The notes beneath the pieces were generated by a model. It saw nothing but the letters and a program-made list of their open reading frames with translations, was not told where the DNA came from and searched no databases. DNA of 64,000 bases from an uncultured virus (IMG/VR IMGVR_UViG_2724679122_000005) (taxonomy: Duplodnaviria > Heunggongvirae > Uroviricota > Caudoviricetes): the IMG/VR virus record IMGVR_UViG_2724679122_000005; one strand, written 5' to 3'. This document shows, piece by piece, positions 10,030 through 20,028 of this stretch (within the stretch, counting starts at the first letter, position 1; every line of letters begins with the position of its first letter). The position numbers were made by a program, and so were the translations under genes.

Positions 10030-10099
10030 TTTTTATGCTTTAATAGACAAAAGAAAACCCACACGGGGTGGGTTGGGTGAGAAGGGTAGTGTTTGATTT

Positions 10100-10603
10100 T
10101 TATTTATTGCTCATTACTTTGCTTCTGGCCTCTCTCGCCTCTTTACGAGCCTTAAGGGTTTTCTCAAGCATAGATATTTCTTTTAAATCACTCCATGCCA
10201 AAAAGAAACTTAATATTGAGGTTAAGCCTACAGATAAGACTAATGCTAAAAGATGCTGATTTGATAGTAAATTCAATTCATTGAAAACATACATTCCAAA
10301 AACAATCACTATAAATAAAATGGCAACATATAGTGATGATTTGCTCCTTATATCCACAGTGGACGTGAGGCGATCCCGCTCTGATTGATTTAAACCATCA
10401 AGCTTCAATGCATCGAGCATACCTTTGTAGGCTAGATAAATTTGACTTAACGGTAATAACAAAACAAAGGAAAATTGAACCAAGTTGATATTTACATCAA
10501 GGGCAAGAAATTTAAAAGTAACTGAAAAAATGACAAATAGAGCTACTAACACTAATGCAATAAATTTAGCGTTGTTGTAAAACGGCAAGTAGCGTTTAGC
10601 CAT
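10100..10603 (-). CDS. 167-aa membrane protein (~4 TM), rexB position
   Basis: Four hydrophobic segments and a basic C-terminal helix. Confidence 0.8.
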   Translation of the reverse strand: MAKRYLPFYNNAKFIALVLVALFVIFSVTFKFLALDVNINLVQFSFVLLLPLSQIYLAYKGMLDALKLDGLNQSERDRLTSTVDIRSKSSLYVAILFIVIVFGMYVFNELNLLSNQHLLALVLSVGLTSILSFFLAWSDLKEISMLEKTLKARKEAREARSKVMSNK

Positions 10604-10605
10604 GA

Positions 10606-11609
10606 TTAATCACCAAAATTAATATTGGTAGTCATCCAATTGTACAATTGAACTTTAAGGCCGTCGTTATAAACTTTATTATTGATTGTTTCAACAGATA
10701 TTTTTCCACTCATCTTTAAGTTATCCGCTGTGACCTTAGTACCATCTTCAAGAGTTATAACATAATCATCATTATGTCTCATAGATGATGCAACAGTATC
10801 AATTACTTTTTGCCCGCTTTTGGATGTTTTTCGATTATAGGTGAGTGTTAATTTAAGCTTTAAATTAGCGTCATCAAGGCCATCTTCAAGTTTTAAATCA
10901 TCCAAATCGACACCAAATGCAGTTTTTAAAACATCAACCACATTTTCTTCAATTTTGTAATCAATCTTAGCTGGTACGTTCGACTCTATTTTGTGAATCG
11001 GTTGCAATTCTGTTGATCCAATTCCAGATGAGATTGAGATGGTCTTGGCTGGCGTTGATTCCAATTTTTCTTTAATTGCCGGGTTCGGAGCATCTTTTAA
11101 GATTAAGGCACTATTCGCTGGTAAGGCTTTAGCTGCTTCACCCAAAAGCCAACCTAAATAAGACTCAAGAGTTCTTGCTGTTAATGATCTGGATTGAATA
11201 ATTGCAACATGATTATCAATCACTCCAAAATATAAAACACTATCAATAAATTCTTTGCGCACTACTTCAACAGATTCATCCTCATCATCAGGTAAATCTT
11301 CCGTTAAGTAAGTTTTGATTGGGAATTCGGTAGCACTATCATTGTCTATTTTTAAAACAGCTTGAGCTTTACCAGACTCCACTATGATTAGCTCTCCAAA
11401 GAACATACTTTGATGTGAACTTGCGTGATTTATAAGGATAAAATCATCTTTAGTAGCCGATACAAATTGCTGCCTATTAATAGCTTTATGATAAAAAGAG
11501 TCTTTATCTAATAGTTGGGCTTTAAGTAAGTTTCCAAGGTTCGCGCCTTTTTAGAAAGTCTACTTTTTTTGTAGTGTACGGTTTTGTCTTTTACAACTGT
11601 CTTACTCAT
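10606..11609 (-). CDS. ~333-aa soluble protein, rexA position (two homopolymer insertions near 5' end)
   Basis: Aligns over full length with intact paralog 18740-19747. Confidence 0.8.
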
Positions 11610-11659
11610 TATTTTCCCCACCCGATCTGTTGTAAAGACTGTGTCGGGTTCACAGTTTA

Positions 11660-11875
11660 TTAATCTTTTGTGTTATTAATTTTCTGTCCTAGCTTTCCTT
11701 CTTTTACCAACTGCACGACCTGCTCATTAGTAAGCACAGGAATAAAGACTTTGTCGCCAATATCTTTAGAAAGAATCTTTACCTCTTCAGCAGTCAGCAC
11801 CAAAGCTTCACCATGTTTAGCTGCATCATTGATACGAGCAATAATCTGGTTGATTGGTAGTTTTGAATTGTCCAT
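11660..11875 (-). CDS. 71-aa protein directly downstream of cI
   Basis: 70/71 aa identical to 19799-20014. Confidence 0.8.
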   Translation of the reverse strand: MDNSKLPINQIIARINDAAKHGEALVLTAEEVKILSKDIGDKVFIPVLTNEQVVQLVKEGKLGQKINNTKD

Positions 11876-11895
11876 ATATCACCTAAAACCTTAAT

Positions 11896-12570
11896 TTAAC
11901 TTTTTCTAACACGCTTTGGACGTGATCCGCCTAATGGTCTAAATGCATCAATAACTAAGCCTACGAGCTCCATACCATCTTCAAATTCAATAATATTGGG
12001 ATGGAAGTTGGGGTTTAATGCTTGCAAGTATTTGCGCTGGTCGCTTTCAATTACAAGCTTCTTAAAGGTTGCGTCTGAATTATTTCTAACAACGATGAGG
12101 TCATCAGCGATTAGATCGCAAACTTGATAGTTTGGATTAACTAAAATGTAGTCTCCCTCTTCATATCTAGGGGAATTACTTACTCCAACTACTCTCAAAT
12201 AAAAACAACCATCTGGATCATCTGCACTAAGTGGTGGCAACCATTCATTTATTTTATTAGGATCGATAGCTTCTACTGATGTCATTGTCCCTGCCTGCAC
12301 CCAAGAAAGAACGGGAATTAGTTTTTTAGTTATAGGCTCAACATTATTGTCAAACTTACTGACAATTCCTTTTTTTAGCTCTTCTGCGGTAACACCAAGT
12401 GCGGTAGCCAGCTCAAGTATAGAGCCTGTCGATTTGGCATTCCCTGTTTCGAGATCAGAAATTACAGATTGTTTGACACCTGACTTCATAGCCAGTTCTT
12501 TTTGAGTCATTTTCTTAGCTTTGCGAATTGCTTTTAAGTTTTCGCCCAAAGTAGCCATAAATTTGTCCAT
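11896..12570 (-). CDS. cI: CI-like repressor (XRE HTH + S24), type 2
   Basis: MTQKELA..SVISDLETG HTH; VQAG cleavage motif; ATFKKL. Confidence 0.92.
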   Translation of the reverse strand: MDKFMATLGENLKAIRKAKKMTQKELAMKSGVKQSVISDLETGNAKSTGSILELATALGVTAEELKKGIVSKFDNNVEPITKKLIPVLSWVQAGTMTSVEAIDPNKINEWLPPLSADDPDGCFYLRVVGVSNSPRYEEGDYILVNPNYQVCDLIADDLIVVRNNSDATFKKLVIESDQRKYLQALNPNFHPNIIEFEDGMELVGLVIDAFRPLGGSRPKRVRKS

Positions 12571-12580
12571 CGTTACTTCT

Positions 12581-12641
12581 ATCGGAATTCTGATACATAT
12601 TTCAATCGGTTTGGCTATTGAATAAATATCGGAAAACCTAT
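12581..12641. promoter_or_regulatory. OR operators, type 2
   Basis: ATCG-N6-YKAT at 12581, 12605, 12628. Confidence 0.75.
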
Positions 12642-12671
12642 ATATTTAATAAAAATTATCGGAGACCGCCC

Positions 12672-12872
12672 ATGAATCAATGGCAGAAGATGATCTCTGA
12701 GTTAAGGGAAAAGGGTCTTACTCAGACATTTATAGCCGCAGAAATCGGGTGCTCACAGAATTACGTTAGTGATTTAGAGCGCGGGTTATGTGGGAAACGC
12801 CTTTCATATGATCTAGGAAGAAAACTAGAAAATTTATGGAAGGAATATTGTTCAAAACAATTAACCGCTTAG
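12672..12872 (+). CDS. cro: Cro-like protein
   Basis: GLTQTFIAAEIGCSQNYVSDLERG HTH; GGAGA RBS. Confidence 0.85.
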   Translation: MNQWQKMISELREKGLTQTFIAAEIGCSQNYVSDLERGLCGKRLSYDLGRKLENLWKEYCSKQLTA

Positions 12873-12882
12873 GAACTAAACC

Positions 12883-13245
12883 ATGAGCAAAGTATCAACC
12901 GAATTGAGTGCAAGTGCGAGAAATAGCATTACAAGGGTTTTACGCATTCTTGCAAACAGTAATAACTCCCAGATTGCTGAAAAGTTGGGGCTAGATCCAA
13001 CTACATTTTCAAGATTTAAAAATGACAAGAAAAACAATGGCTTGTCAGATATTGAGAATGTTTGCGCAATGTTGGATTTGCTTGAATTAAAAATCGTACC
13101 GAAGAAATACAAGTTAATTCACAAGGAAAAGTTGGCAGCGCTTTTGAATCTATCAAAGGCTTATATGGGACGCCTAGGTTCAGTCGATGATCTTTTTCAA
13201 GATGACATTGAAGACTTTGGAATTAATGAAGAACTCGGATATTAA
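12883..13245 (+). CDS. CII-like regulator
   Basis: Position after cro; IAEKLGLDPTTFSRFK HTH. Confidence 0.7.
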   Translation: MSKVSTELSASARNSITRVLRILANSNNSQIAEKLGLDPTTFSRFKNDKKNNGLSDIENVCAMLDLLELKIVPKKYKLIHKEKLAALLNLSKAYMGRLGSVDDLFQDDIEDFGINEELGY

Positions 13246-13301
13246 AAAACCGCTTCCTGCGCGAACAGGTTAGCGGTCACGTTCAATCGGAGAAGGACCA
13301 A

Positions 13302-13460
13302 ATGAACTATTCAATATTAGCAGACATTGAACTAAATCGGAAGATTAGTTTGTTTCAAAAAGCGGTTGAGGCTTATGTGCTTAATCGAACTCTCGAAAAC
13401 TCTATGGCATTGGCTAAAGCAAAAGCTGATTTAGCTGCATTTGTATTGAGAGGTGTTTGA
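13302..13460 (+). CDS. 52-aa phage protein
   Basis: AAGGA RBS; TGA overlaps next ATG. Confidence 0.6.
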   Translation: MNYSILADIELNRKISLFQKAVEAYVLNRTLENSMALAKAKADLAAFVLRGV

Positions 13461-14349
13461 TGGGTGCATCAATTCCAATTATTAAGTTGATTGAAGCTAT
13501 GAACGAACAGCCAATAGCATTCAACAAGCACTATGTATTTTTAGGATGTGGGATCAATGGGGCATTAATGCTCTCTCAATTGGTCTACTGGACTTCTCGC
13601 ACTAAAGACAGTGAAGGTTGGATCTTTAAAACACATCATGAGTGGACTCAAGAAACTGGTCTTACTCGTCGTGAGCAAGATACGGCCAGAGCAACACTTA
13701 AATCACTTAAATTCATCTCTGAGAAAAAGATGGGTGTGCCTTGTCGTGTTTACTACCGTGTAGAGCGTGAAACCTATATCAAGCTTTGATCGAATACTCT
13801 GAAAGCATTGATATTAATAGTATGCACAATTCCGCCATACTGAATGCACAGAACAGCCATACTGAATGCACAAATCCGCCAGACTGTATGCACAATTCCG
13901 CCATACTGAATGCACAAATCCGCCCATCTAATACAGAGAATACATACAGAGAATACACAGAGAATACTACAGATATTATTTGTGCTGATTCAGCACCAAA
14001 AACACAAAAATTCAAAGCGAAAGATTTCTTGTTGAAAAACGGAGTATCTGAGCAAACAGCAACAGAATATCTTGATCTTCGCAACAAGAAGAAAAAACCA
14101 GTAACTCAACGTGCTTTACAACTTGTTTTCAAACAAGCTCAGGAAGCAAAGCTAAGCAATGAGCGTGTATTCCAAATTATCGTTGTTCGTGGTTGGGAAT
14201 CTTTCAAAGCTGCTTGGAACTGGCAAGAGACAAATGCAGAGCTTGAGCAATTAGAAAATCCAGTTGCTGAGCAGCAACAAACTATCCATGAACAACCAGC
14301 AACACAATTCAAAGGTGTTGCTAAGAAATTTAAGGGGATGGACCAATGA
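13460..14349 (+). CDS. Replication initiator (one-base frameshift near 13770)
   Basis: LSQLVYW..WIFKT..EWTQETGL motif; internal iterons; upstream of helicase. Confidence 0.8.
13821..13973 (+). repeat. Replication origin: five 22-bp iterons, then ACAGAGAATAC repeats
   Basis: ATGCACA at 13822, 13844, 13866, 13888, 13910. Confidence 0.8.
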
Positions 14350-15719
14350 TTGAATTATTTTCTATCCCTGTTGAGCAAAGCATCTTGTCTACGTTCATGA
14401 CAATCGATCAGGCAGCAGATGAGTTTATCTCTCAGATCGATGCACAAGATTTCTATGCATCACAACACCAGATCATCTTTGCCCACATCAAGAGCCAATT
14501 GAATAAGGGTGAAGCGTTTGATGAGGTGACTGTATTCGAGTTGATTAAAGCTAATCCGCTTGAAGCAAACCAAATCGATGAGCAGTTTCTTGTGAACCTC
14601 ATGAACCGCGCAAGCAATGTGAGCTTGTTAGTAACACACATCAAAAAGCTAAAAGATTTCTCTACTCGCAGAAAGCTTCAAGAGACTAGCAAGTTGATTA
14701 GTTCGATCGCTAACGACATGGCAACTCACACTGCTGAATCTGCTGTGAACAAAGCACAATCGTTAGTTCAAAACTTAGATTTTGGTGCTGGTGAGGAAAA
14801 GCTTAAACATGCTCATGAGTTTTCAAAAGAAGCTGTAAAAGAGTTCCTTGATCGCCACATGGCAATTCATAACCAAATGCCTTATGAGGGCGGTATCAAG
14901 ACTGGCTTTACTGCTCTGGACAACAAACTAGGTGAAATCAGCAAAGGCGATCTAGTCATCATTGGTGCGCGTCCTTCAATGGGTAAAACAACGTTTGCTC
15001 AAAACATTGCAGCAGACATGATGATTAACCAGTCTTTACCAGTTCTGTTTATCTCAATCGAAATGAAGGGCAGACAGATTGCACAGCGTTTAATTAGTGG
15101 CATTGGTGGGGTAGAGCTACGCAAAGTATTAACAGGACATATTGATCCAAATAGCGACGATACACAGAAGGTGAATAACGCTGCTCTGGTACTTGAGAAA
15201 GCACCTTTGATGATCGACGACAACAACCGCGCAACTGTGGCAACTATCCGCAGATCAGCTAAGAAGGTTCAAGCCAAATACGGAAAGATTGGCGCAATCT
15301 TTGTTGATTACATCCAGAAAGTAACACCACTCACTAAAAACAACTTTGGTCGTTCTGACAAAGATATCGGTGAAATATCTAATGAGCTTAAGCGTATGGC
15401 AGGTGACTTTGATTGTCCTGTGATCGCACTAGCACAGCTTAACCGTAACTTAGAGAACCGCCCAAACAAACGCCCTGTAAATGCAGATCTAAAAGAATCA
15501 GGCGACTTAGAGCAAGACGCAGACATCATCATGTTTATTTACCGCGATGAAGTCTACAACAAGGATTCTAAAGAAGCAGGTACAGCAGAAATCATCATAG
15601 GTAAGGCTCGTAACGGCTCAATTGGCACAGTTCGATTAGCTACAGACTTGTCACGCGCAACTTTCGCTGACTTAAGCCCTGAGTATTACCAGTCTATGGA
15701 AGAGAGAGGTGCAGCGTGA
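14346..15719 (+). CDS. dnaB: Phage-encoded replicative DnaB-like helicase
   Basis: GARPSMGKT, VDYIQ, LAQLNR, DLKESGDLEQDAD, KARNG motifs. Confidence 0.95.
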   Translation: MIELFSIPVEQSILSTFMTIDQAADEFISQIDAQDFYASQHQIIFAHIKSQLNKGEAFDEVTVFELIKANPLEANQIDEQFLVNLMNRASNVSLLVTHIKKLKDFSTRRKLQETSKLISSIANDMATHTAESAVNKAQSLVQNLDFGAGEEKLKHAHEFSKEAVKEFLDRHMAIHNQMPYEGGIKTGFTALDNKLGEISKGDLVIIGARPSMGKTTFAQNIAADMMINQSLPVLFISIEMKGRQIAQRLISGIGGVELRKVLTGHIDPNSDDTQKVNNAALVLEKAPLMIDDNNRATVATIRRSAKKVQAKYGKIGAIFVDYIQKVTPLTKNNFGRSDKDIGEISNELKRMAGDFDCPVIALAQLNRNLENRPNKRPVNADLKESGDLEQDADIIMFIYRDEVYNKDSKEAGTAEIIIGKARNGSIGTVRLATDLSRATFADLSPEYYQSMEERGAA

Positions 15720-15967
15720 AAGCAATAAAACGAGTTAAAGCATTCCAAAACATTTTTGACATTTTGTTATTCGCTACACATGCAACACAACCTTTCACGA
15801 TGAAGGATTTGCATGACCATGTGTTAGATGCACCTAACAACACTATCCAATGCTATGTGCAGGAATTAATTAAAAGCGGCTACTTGGAAAAGGACTCATA
15901 CGCAACTTACAAAGCAACTCAGTTTGCAAAGGACTTGCTGAATGTTAAAGGGGAGCTGAAAGCATGA
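15716..15967 (+). CDS. Small winged-HTH-like protein
   Basis: 83-aa ORF coupled to dnaB. Confidence 0.65.
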   Translation: MKAIKRVKAFQNIFDILLFATHATQPFTMKDLHDHVLDAPNNTIQCYVQELIKSGYLEKDSYATYKATQFAKDLLNVKGELKA

Positions 15968-16140
15968 TCGAATTTGCAGATTACACCTCAATGATGAAGC
16001 TGCGTAGAGCGTACAACCTCGGTACTCGTAATGAAGAAACAAGAGCAGCAGCGAACCTCTATGAGAAATTAAGAAAGCTGAAAATGCTAGACCAGCTTAA
16101 GCAGGAAGCCATGACTAGACGTTACAAGGAGGCGGTATGA
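15964..16140 (+). CDS. 58-aa phage protein
   Basis: ATGA overlaps at both ends. Confidence 0.6.
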   Translation: MIEFADYTSMMKLRRAYNLGTRNEETRAAANLYEKLRKLKMLDQLKQEAMTRRYKEAV

Positions 16141-16469
16141 AACCAGAACAGTTTATTCGTGAGTACAGGGTGGAGAAGGCGAGGGAGGTTGTTGCTAATC
16201 AGCCAAAAATGAATGCAACTCAATACAGGGCTAAAGACAAGAAATATTCGTCTCTGTTTAAACCAAGCCCAGAGATTGTTTATGTAGCTGACCTCAAGCG
16301 TCTGGTGGAGTCTATTGATTTAGTCGAATCATGGGGTGGCATTGAGGACTTAAAACTATATGACTTGTCTCATTGCAAAGATAAACCTGAATCTGCTGGA
16401 TACAAGCTGCTTAAAGCAATTGCTGATTACGAATCAATATACGGAGGCGGTGAATCTCATGCCAACTAG
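16137..16469 (+). CDS. Phage nin-region protein
   Basis: C-terminus ESIYGGGESHAN shared with 28321-28743. Confidence 0.7.
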   Translation: MKPEQFIREYRVEKAREVVANQPKMNATQYRAKDKKYSSLFKPSPEIVYVADLKRLVESIDLVESWGGIEDLKLYDLSHCKDKPESAGYKLLKAIADYESIYGGGESHAN

Positions 16470-16713
16470 ATATAACTATATACTNNNNNNNNNNNNNNNN
16501 NNNNNNNNNNNNNNNNNNNNNNNNNNNNNNNNNNNNNNNNNNNNNNNNNNNNNNNNNNNNNNNNNNNNNNNNNNNNNNNNNNNNTAAAAACCCTGTAAAG
16601 AACTGAGCCATTAGCATTAGATGCGTACACTTGCCAGCCGATGCGAACTGAATACAGCCCTTTATCATCACGACCTAAAAAAAGACTTATAGCCGTCAGG
16701 GTGCTTTTTGAAA

Positions 16714-17004
16714 TTAGACATGTTCAGCCTCCTTACATTCGCATGCACCAACAAAGGCATACGTAAGCGGGCTAGGAGCATCTACAGGTGAGACGTCCTT
16801 AATATTTAAAGGAATAATTTCTTTGCGATATTTAACTAAAACCACATCACCTTCACGGCAATCGACAATTCCTTCTTTTGAAGAAAAACGAGCAGATTTA
16901 GAAGATTGGGTTACTCTGCAAAATGAAACCTCATCACCAGCTTTGATTTTTGAACGGTCAACAGGAATCATCTTCTTGCAAGTAGGGCAGTTGTAATCTT
17001 TCAT
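16714..17004 (-). CDS. Cys-rich phage protein
   Basis: CPTC and CEC motifs; absent from fragments C and E. Confidence 0.7.
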   Translation of the reverse strand: MKDYNCPTCKKMIPVDRSKIKAGDEVSFCRVTQSSKSARFSSKEGIVDCREGDVVLVKYRKEIIPLNIKDVSPVDAPSPLTYAFVGACECKEAEHV

Positions 17005-17447
17005 TAGGCTGCCTCCACCAACTTGTTACGTTCGATGAAGCCTTTTAGAAGGCTATTGATGTTGCGGATGTCTTCAAATTCGGTGAAATCGTTATATGAC
17101 TTACCATTAATGTCAGTGATTTCATTTACTGTGAGTTGGGTAATATCAACAGTGGTGAATTCAGAACCCGGAACGCCGTAGCTGTCTGGATGAGCTTCAA
17201 AATCAAAGCTAACGTTTAAACGGAAGCTATCTAATTTAATTACAGCAACTCCAGAATGCTTACCTGTGATTTTTGCGGTTAACACGCTGTAAGTACTTGG
17301 TTGAGTTTTAGGTGTAAAAAGAGTAGGTGCGTCTTTTGTTTGGAAAGCTGGTTGCAATTGGCAAGCAACTAAAGAACCACCAGAGATTGCAAGAGCAGCC
17401 ATGCTGACAAATGCAAATGAGTTGAAAGGGGTAGCTTTTACGTTCAT
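17004..17447 (-). CDS. First pL-operon gene (paralog of 9452-9892)
   Basis: Near-identical protein. Confidence 0.75.
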   Translation of the reverse strand: MNVKATPFNSFAFVSMAALAISGGSLVACQLQPAFQTKDAPTLFTPKTQPSTYSVLTAKITGKHSGVAVIKLDSFRLNVSFDFEAHPDSYGVPGSEFTTVDITQLTVNEITDINGKSYNDFTEFEDIRNINSLLKGFIERNKLVEAA

Positions 17448-17525
17448 AATTGATCTCGCAGTTTGCAAAAGCACATCGGAAGGTAAGAGAGTCGATGTGC
17501 TTTTTTGTTGTCTACGAGATTTATA

Positions 17526-17596
17526 TTAACTATGGTTAATTTTTTAGTCAAGAGAAAAGTTAACAATGGTTAATCTTTTTTATTAACTATAATTCA
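17526..17596. promoter_or_regulatory. OL operators, type 3 (TTAAC-N4-GTTAA)
   Basis: Sites at 17526, 17560, 17583. Confidence 0.75.
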
Positions 17597-17641
17597 TGCT
17601 TTAATAGACAAAAGAAAACCCAACTATCAAAGGTGATAGAA

Positions 17642-17884
17642 ATGAGTCTAGGCGAAGAAATGTTTGAATGGCGCAAGCAGATGGTTGAGAAACTACTGCT
17701 TCAGGAAAGTAATATTGATCAACTAGAAGAAAAAGTTGATCGTGCTGAAAAGATTCTTTTTGGTGATTGCACAGCCGCTTTCAAAATAGAGTGCACGCTT
17801 CGGAACGCGTATGCGCTGAAAGCTATTCTTGATGACTTTGCCACCAAGAATAACTGCAAGGTAAGTATAGTAGAGTGTGAGTAA
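17642..17884 (+). CDS. Small moron protein
   Basis: 80-aa ORF with AGGTG RBS. Confidence 0.55.
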   Translation: MSLGEEMFEWRKQMVEKLLLQESNIDQLEEKVDRAEKILFGDCTAAFKIECTLRNAYALKAILDDFATKNNCKVSIVECE

Positions 17885-17890
17885 TCAGGG

Positions 17891-18094
17891 TTAGCTCATT
17901 CCTGAAATGGGTTTTGATGTGGCTTTAGGCTTTGGCTTAAGTTCTTTTAAAGCTTCTTCTACCGCTTTCAGTGATTCCTGGTAGGTTTTAACCCAAAGAT
18001 CAGCACTTTTTATATTGATGGTTGAAGGATCAGTATCAGCAATGGTTGCCTTAGTAAGCTCTAACGCTAGAGCTTCTATGATTTCAGTTTTCAT
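17891..18094 (-). CDS. Small moron protein
   Basis: 67-aa ORF with GGAGA RBS. Confidence 0.65.
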   Translation of the reverse strand: MKTEIIEALALELTKATIADTDPSTINIKSADLWVKTYQESLKAVEEALKELKPKPKATSKPISGMS

Positions 18095-18233
18095 ATTTTC
18101 TCCGATATTAATGGTTATTTAAGATCAATGTTGGCACAAAGTCTTAATCCCATAATATCAGGGAAAATTTGAATATATTAAAAAAAGAAAACCCACCGTG
18201 GTGGTGGGTAGATTAGATGAATTGGATCGCTTT

Positions 18234-18738
18234 TTACTTATTGCTCAATACTTTTGCTTTTGCCTCTCTTGATTCTTTGCGATCTTTTAATGTTTTTTCA
18301 AGCAAAGAGATTTCTCTTAAGTCAGACCAAGCTAAGAAGAAGCTAAAAAATTGAGGTGAGTCCAACAGAAAGTATTAGAGCTAAAAGATGCTTAGCTGAA
18401 AGTAAGCCTAATAAATTAAGTATATACATACTAAAAACAAGAATAATAAAAAGCATAGCCACATATAAAGATGACTTACTTCTTATGTCCACAGTTGAAG
18501 TCAACCTATCTCGTTCTGACTGATTTAAACCATCAAGCTTTAATGCATCGAGCATACCTTTATAAGCCAAATAAATTTGACTTAAAGGGAGAAGCAGTAC
18601 AAATGAAAATTGAACCAGATTTATTGTAATATTTAACTCTAAATATTTAAAAATTATTGAAAATATAGCAAACAGACCGACTAACACTAGTGCGATAAAT
18701 CTAGCATTATTGTAGAAGGGTAAGTAGCGTTTAGCCAT
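18234..18738 (-). CDS. 167-aa membrane protein, rexB position, copy 2 (one homopolymer insertion)
   Basis: Span of 505 nt = 504+1; homolog of 10100-10603. Confidence 0.8.
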
Positions 18739-18739
18739 A

Positions 18740-19747
18740 TTAGTCACCAAAATTTATATTGGTAGTCATCCAATTATACAATTGAACTTTTAGGCCGTCG
18801 TTATAAACTTTATTATTGATTGTTTCAACTGAAATCTTGCCGCTCATTTTTAGATTATCAGCCGTAACCTTGGTCCCATCCTCAAGAGTAATAACATAAT
18901 CATCATTATGTCGCATGGATGAAGCTACAGTATCAATAACTTTTTGCCCACTTTTTGAGGTTTTGCGGTTGTATGTAAGTGTTAATTTTAACTTTAGGTT
19001 TGCGTCATCAAGCCCATCCTCTAGTTTTAAATTTTCTAAATCAACTCCAAAAGCTGACTTAAGCACATCAACCACATTATCTTCAATTTTATAGTCAATT
19101 TTCGCAGGTATGCTTGATTCGACAGTATGAACAGGTTGAAGTTCTGTTGACCCAATGCCAGATGAGATTGAAATAGTTTTAGCTGGAGTTGATTCAAGCT
19201 TTTGCTTAACAGTGGGATTTGGAGCATCTTTTAATATTAATGCACTATTCTCTGGCAATGCTTTGGCTGCTTCACCCAAAAGCCAGCCCAAATATGACTC
19301 CAAGGTTCTAGCGGTAAGTGATCTTGATTGAATGATTGCGACATGGTTATCAATAACACCAAAGTAAAGAACACTATCAATAAACTCTTTTCTTACAACC
19401 TCTGTAGCGTCAACGCCATCTTCATCATCTGGCAGATCATCTGTTAAATAGGTTTTAATGGGAAATTCAGTAGCATCATCACTGTCTATCTTTAATACAG
19501 CCTGAGCTTTGCCTGACTCAACAATAATCAACTCGCCAAAGAACATGCTTTGGTGTGAACTAGCATGATTAATTAGAATAAAATCATCTTTTGTTGCGGA
19601 GACAAATTGTTGACGATTTATGGCTTTATAGTAAAAAGAATCCTTATCCAGCAATTGTGCTTTTAGTAATTGACCTAGATTGGCGCCTTTTAGAAAATCT
19701 ACTTTTTTGTAGTGTACTGTTTTGTCTTTTACTACTGTTTTACTCAT
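18740..19747 (-). CDS. 335-aa soluble protein, rexA position, copy 2
   Basis: Intact ORF; GGAGGAGG RBS before MSKTVV. Confidence 0.85.
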   Translation of the reverse strand: MSKTVVKDKTVHYKKVDFLKGANLGQLLKAQLLDKDSFYYKAINRQQFVSATKDDFILINHASSHQSMFFGELIIVESGKAQAVLKIDSDDATEFPIKTYLTDDLPDDEDGVDATEVVRKEFIDSVLYFGVIDNHVAIIQSRSLTARTLESYLGWLLGEAAKALPENSALILKDAPNPTVKQKLESTPAKTISISSGIGSTELQPVHTVESSIPAKIDYKIEDNVVDVLKSAFGVDLENLKLEDGLDDANLKLKLTLTYNRKTSKSGQKVIDTVASSMRHNDDYVITLEDGTKVTADNLKMSGKISVETINNKVYNDGLKVQLYNWMTTNINFGD

Positions 19748-19798
19748 TATTTCCTCCTCCCGAATCGCTCTAAAGTACTGTGTCGGGTTCACAACTTA

Positions 19799-20014
19799 TT
19801 AATCTTTGGTGTTGTTAATTTTCTGCCCAAGCTTTCCTTCTTTTACCAACTGCACTACTTGTTCATTTGTAAGGACTGGAATAAAGACTTTATCACCAAT
19901 GTCCTTTGAGAGGATCTTCACTTCTTCGGCTGTTAGCACCAAAGCTTCACCATGTTTCGCAGCATCATTGATGCGAGCAATAATCTGGTTGATTGGTCGT
20001 TTTGAATTGTCCAT
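19799..20014 (-). CDS. 71-aa protein downstream of cI, copy 2
   Basis: Paralog of 11660-11875. Confidence 0.8.
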   Translation of the reverse strand: MDNSKRPINQIIARINDAAKHGEALVLTAEEVKILSKDIGDKVFIPVLTNEQVVQLVKEGKLGQKINNTKD

Positions 20015-20028
20015 AAGTCTTCCTGTGA

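Larger units (their letters stand above)
9120..16484. mobile_element. Prophage fragment C (immunity type 2, rex-position cassette, initiator + DnaB replication)
   Basis: Gene content. Confidence 0.9.

Noticed and set aside
13821..13930. 22-bp repeats as a CRISPR array
   Set aside because: Tandem with no unique spacers, inside a coding region, and no cas genes.
14346..15719. Host chromosomal dnaB
   Set aside because: It is coupled to a phage initiator within the early right operon, so it is phage-encoded.
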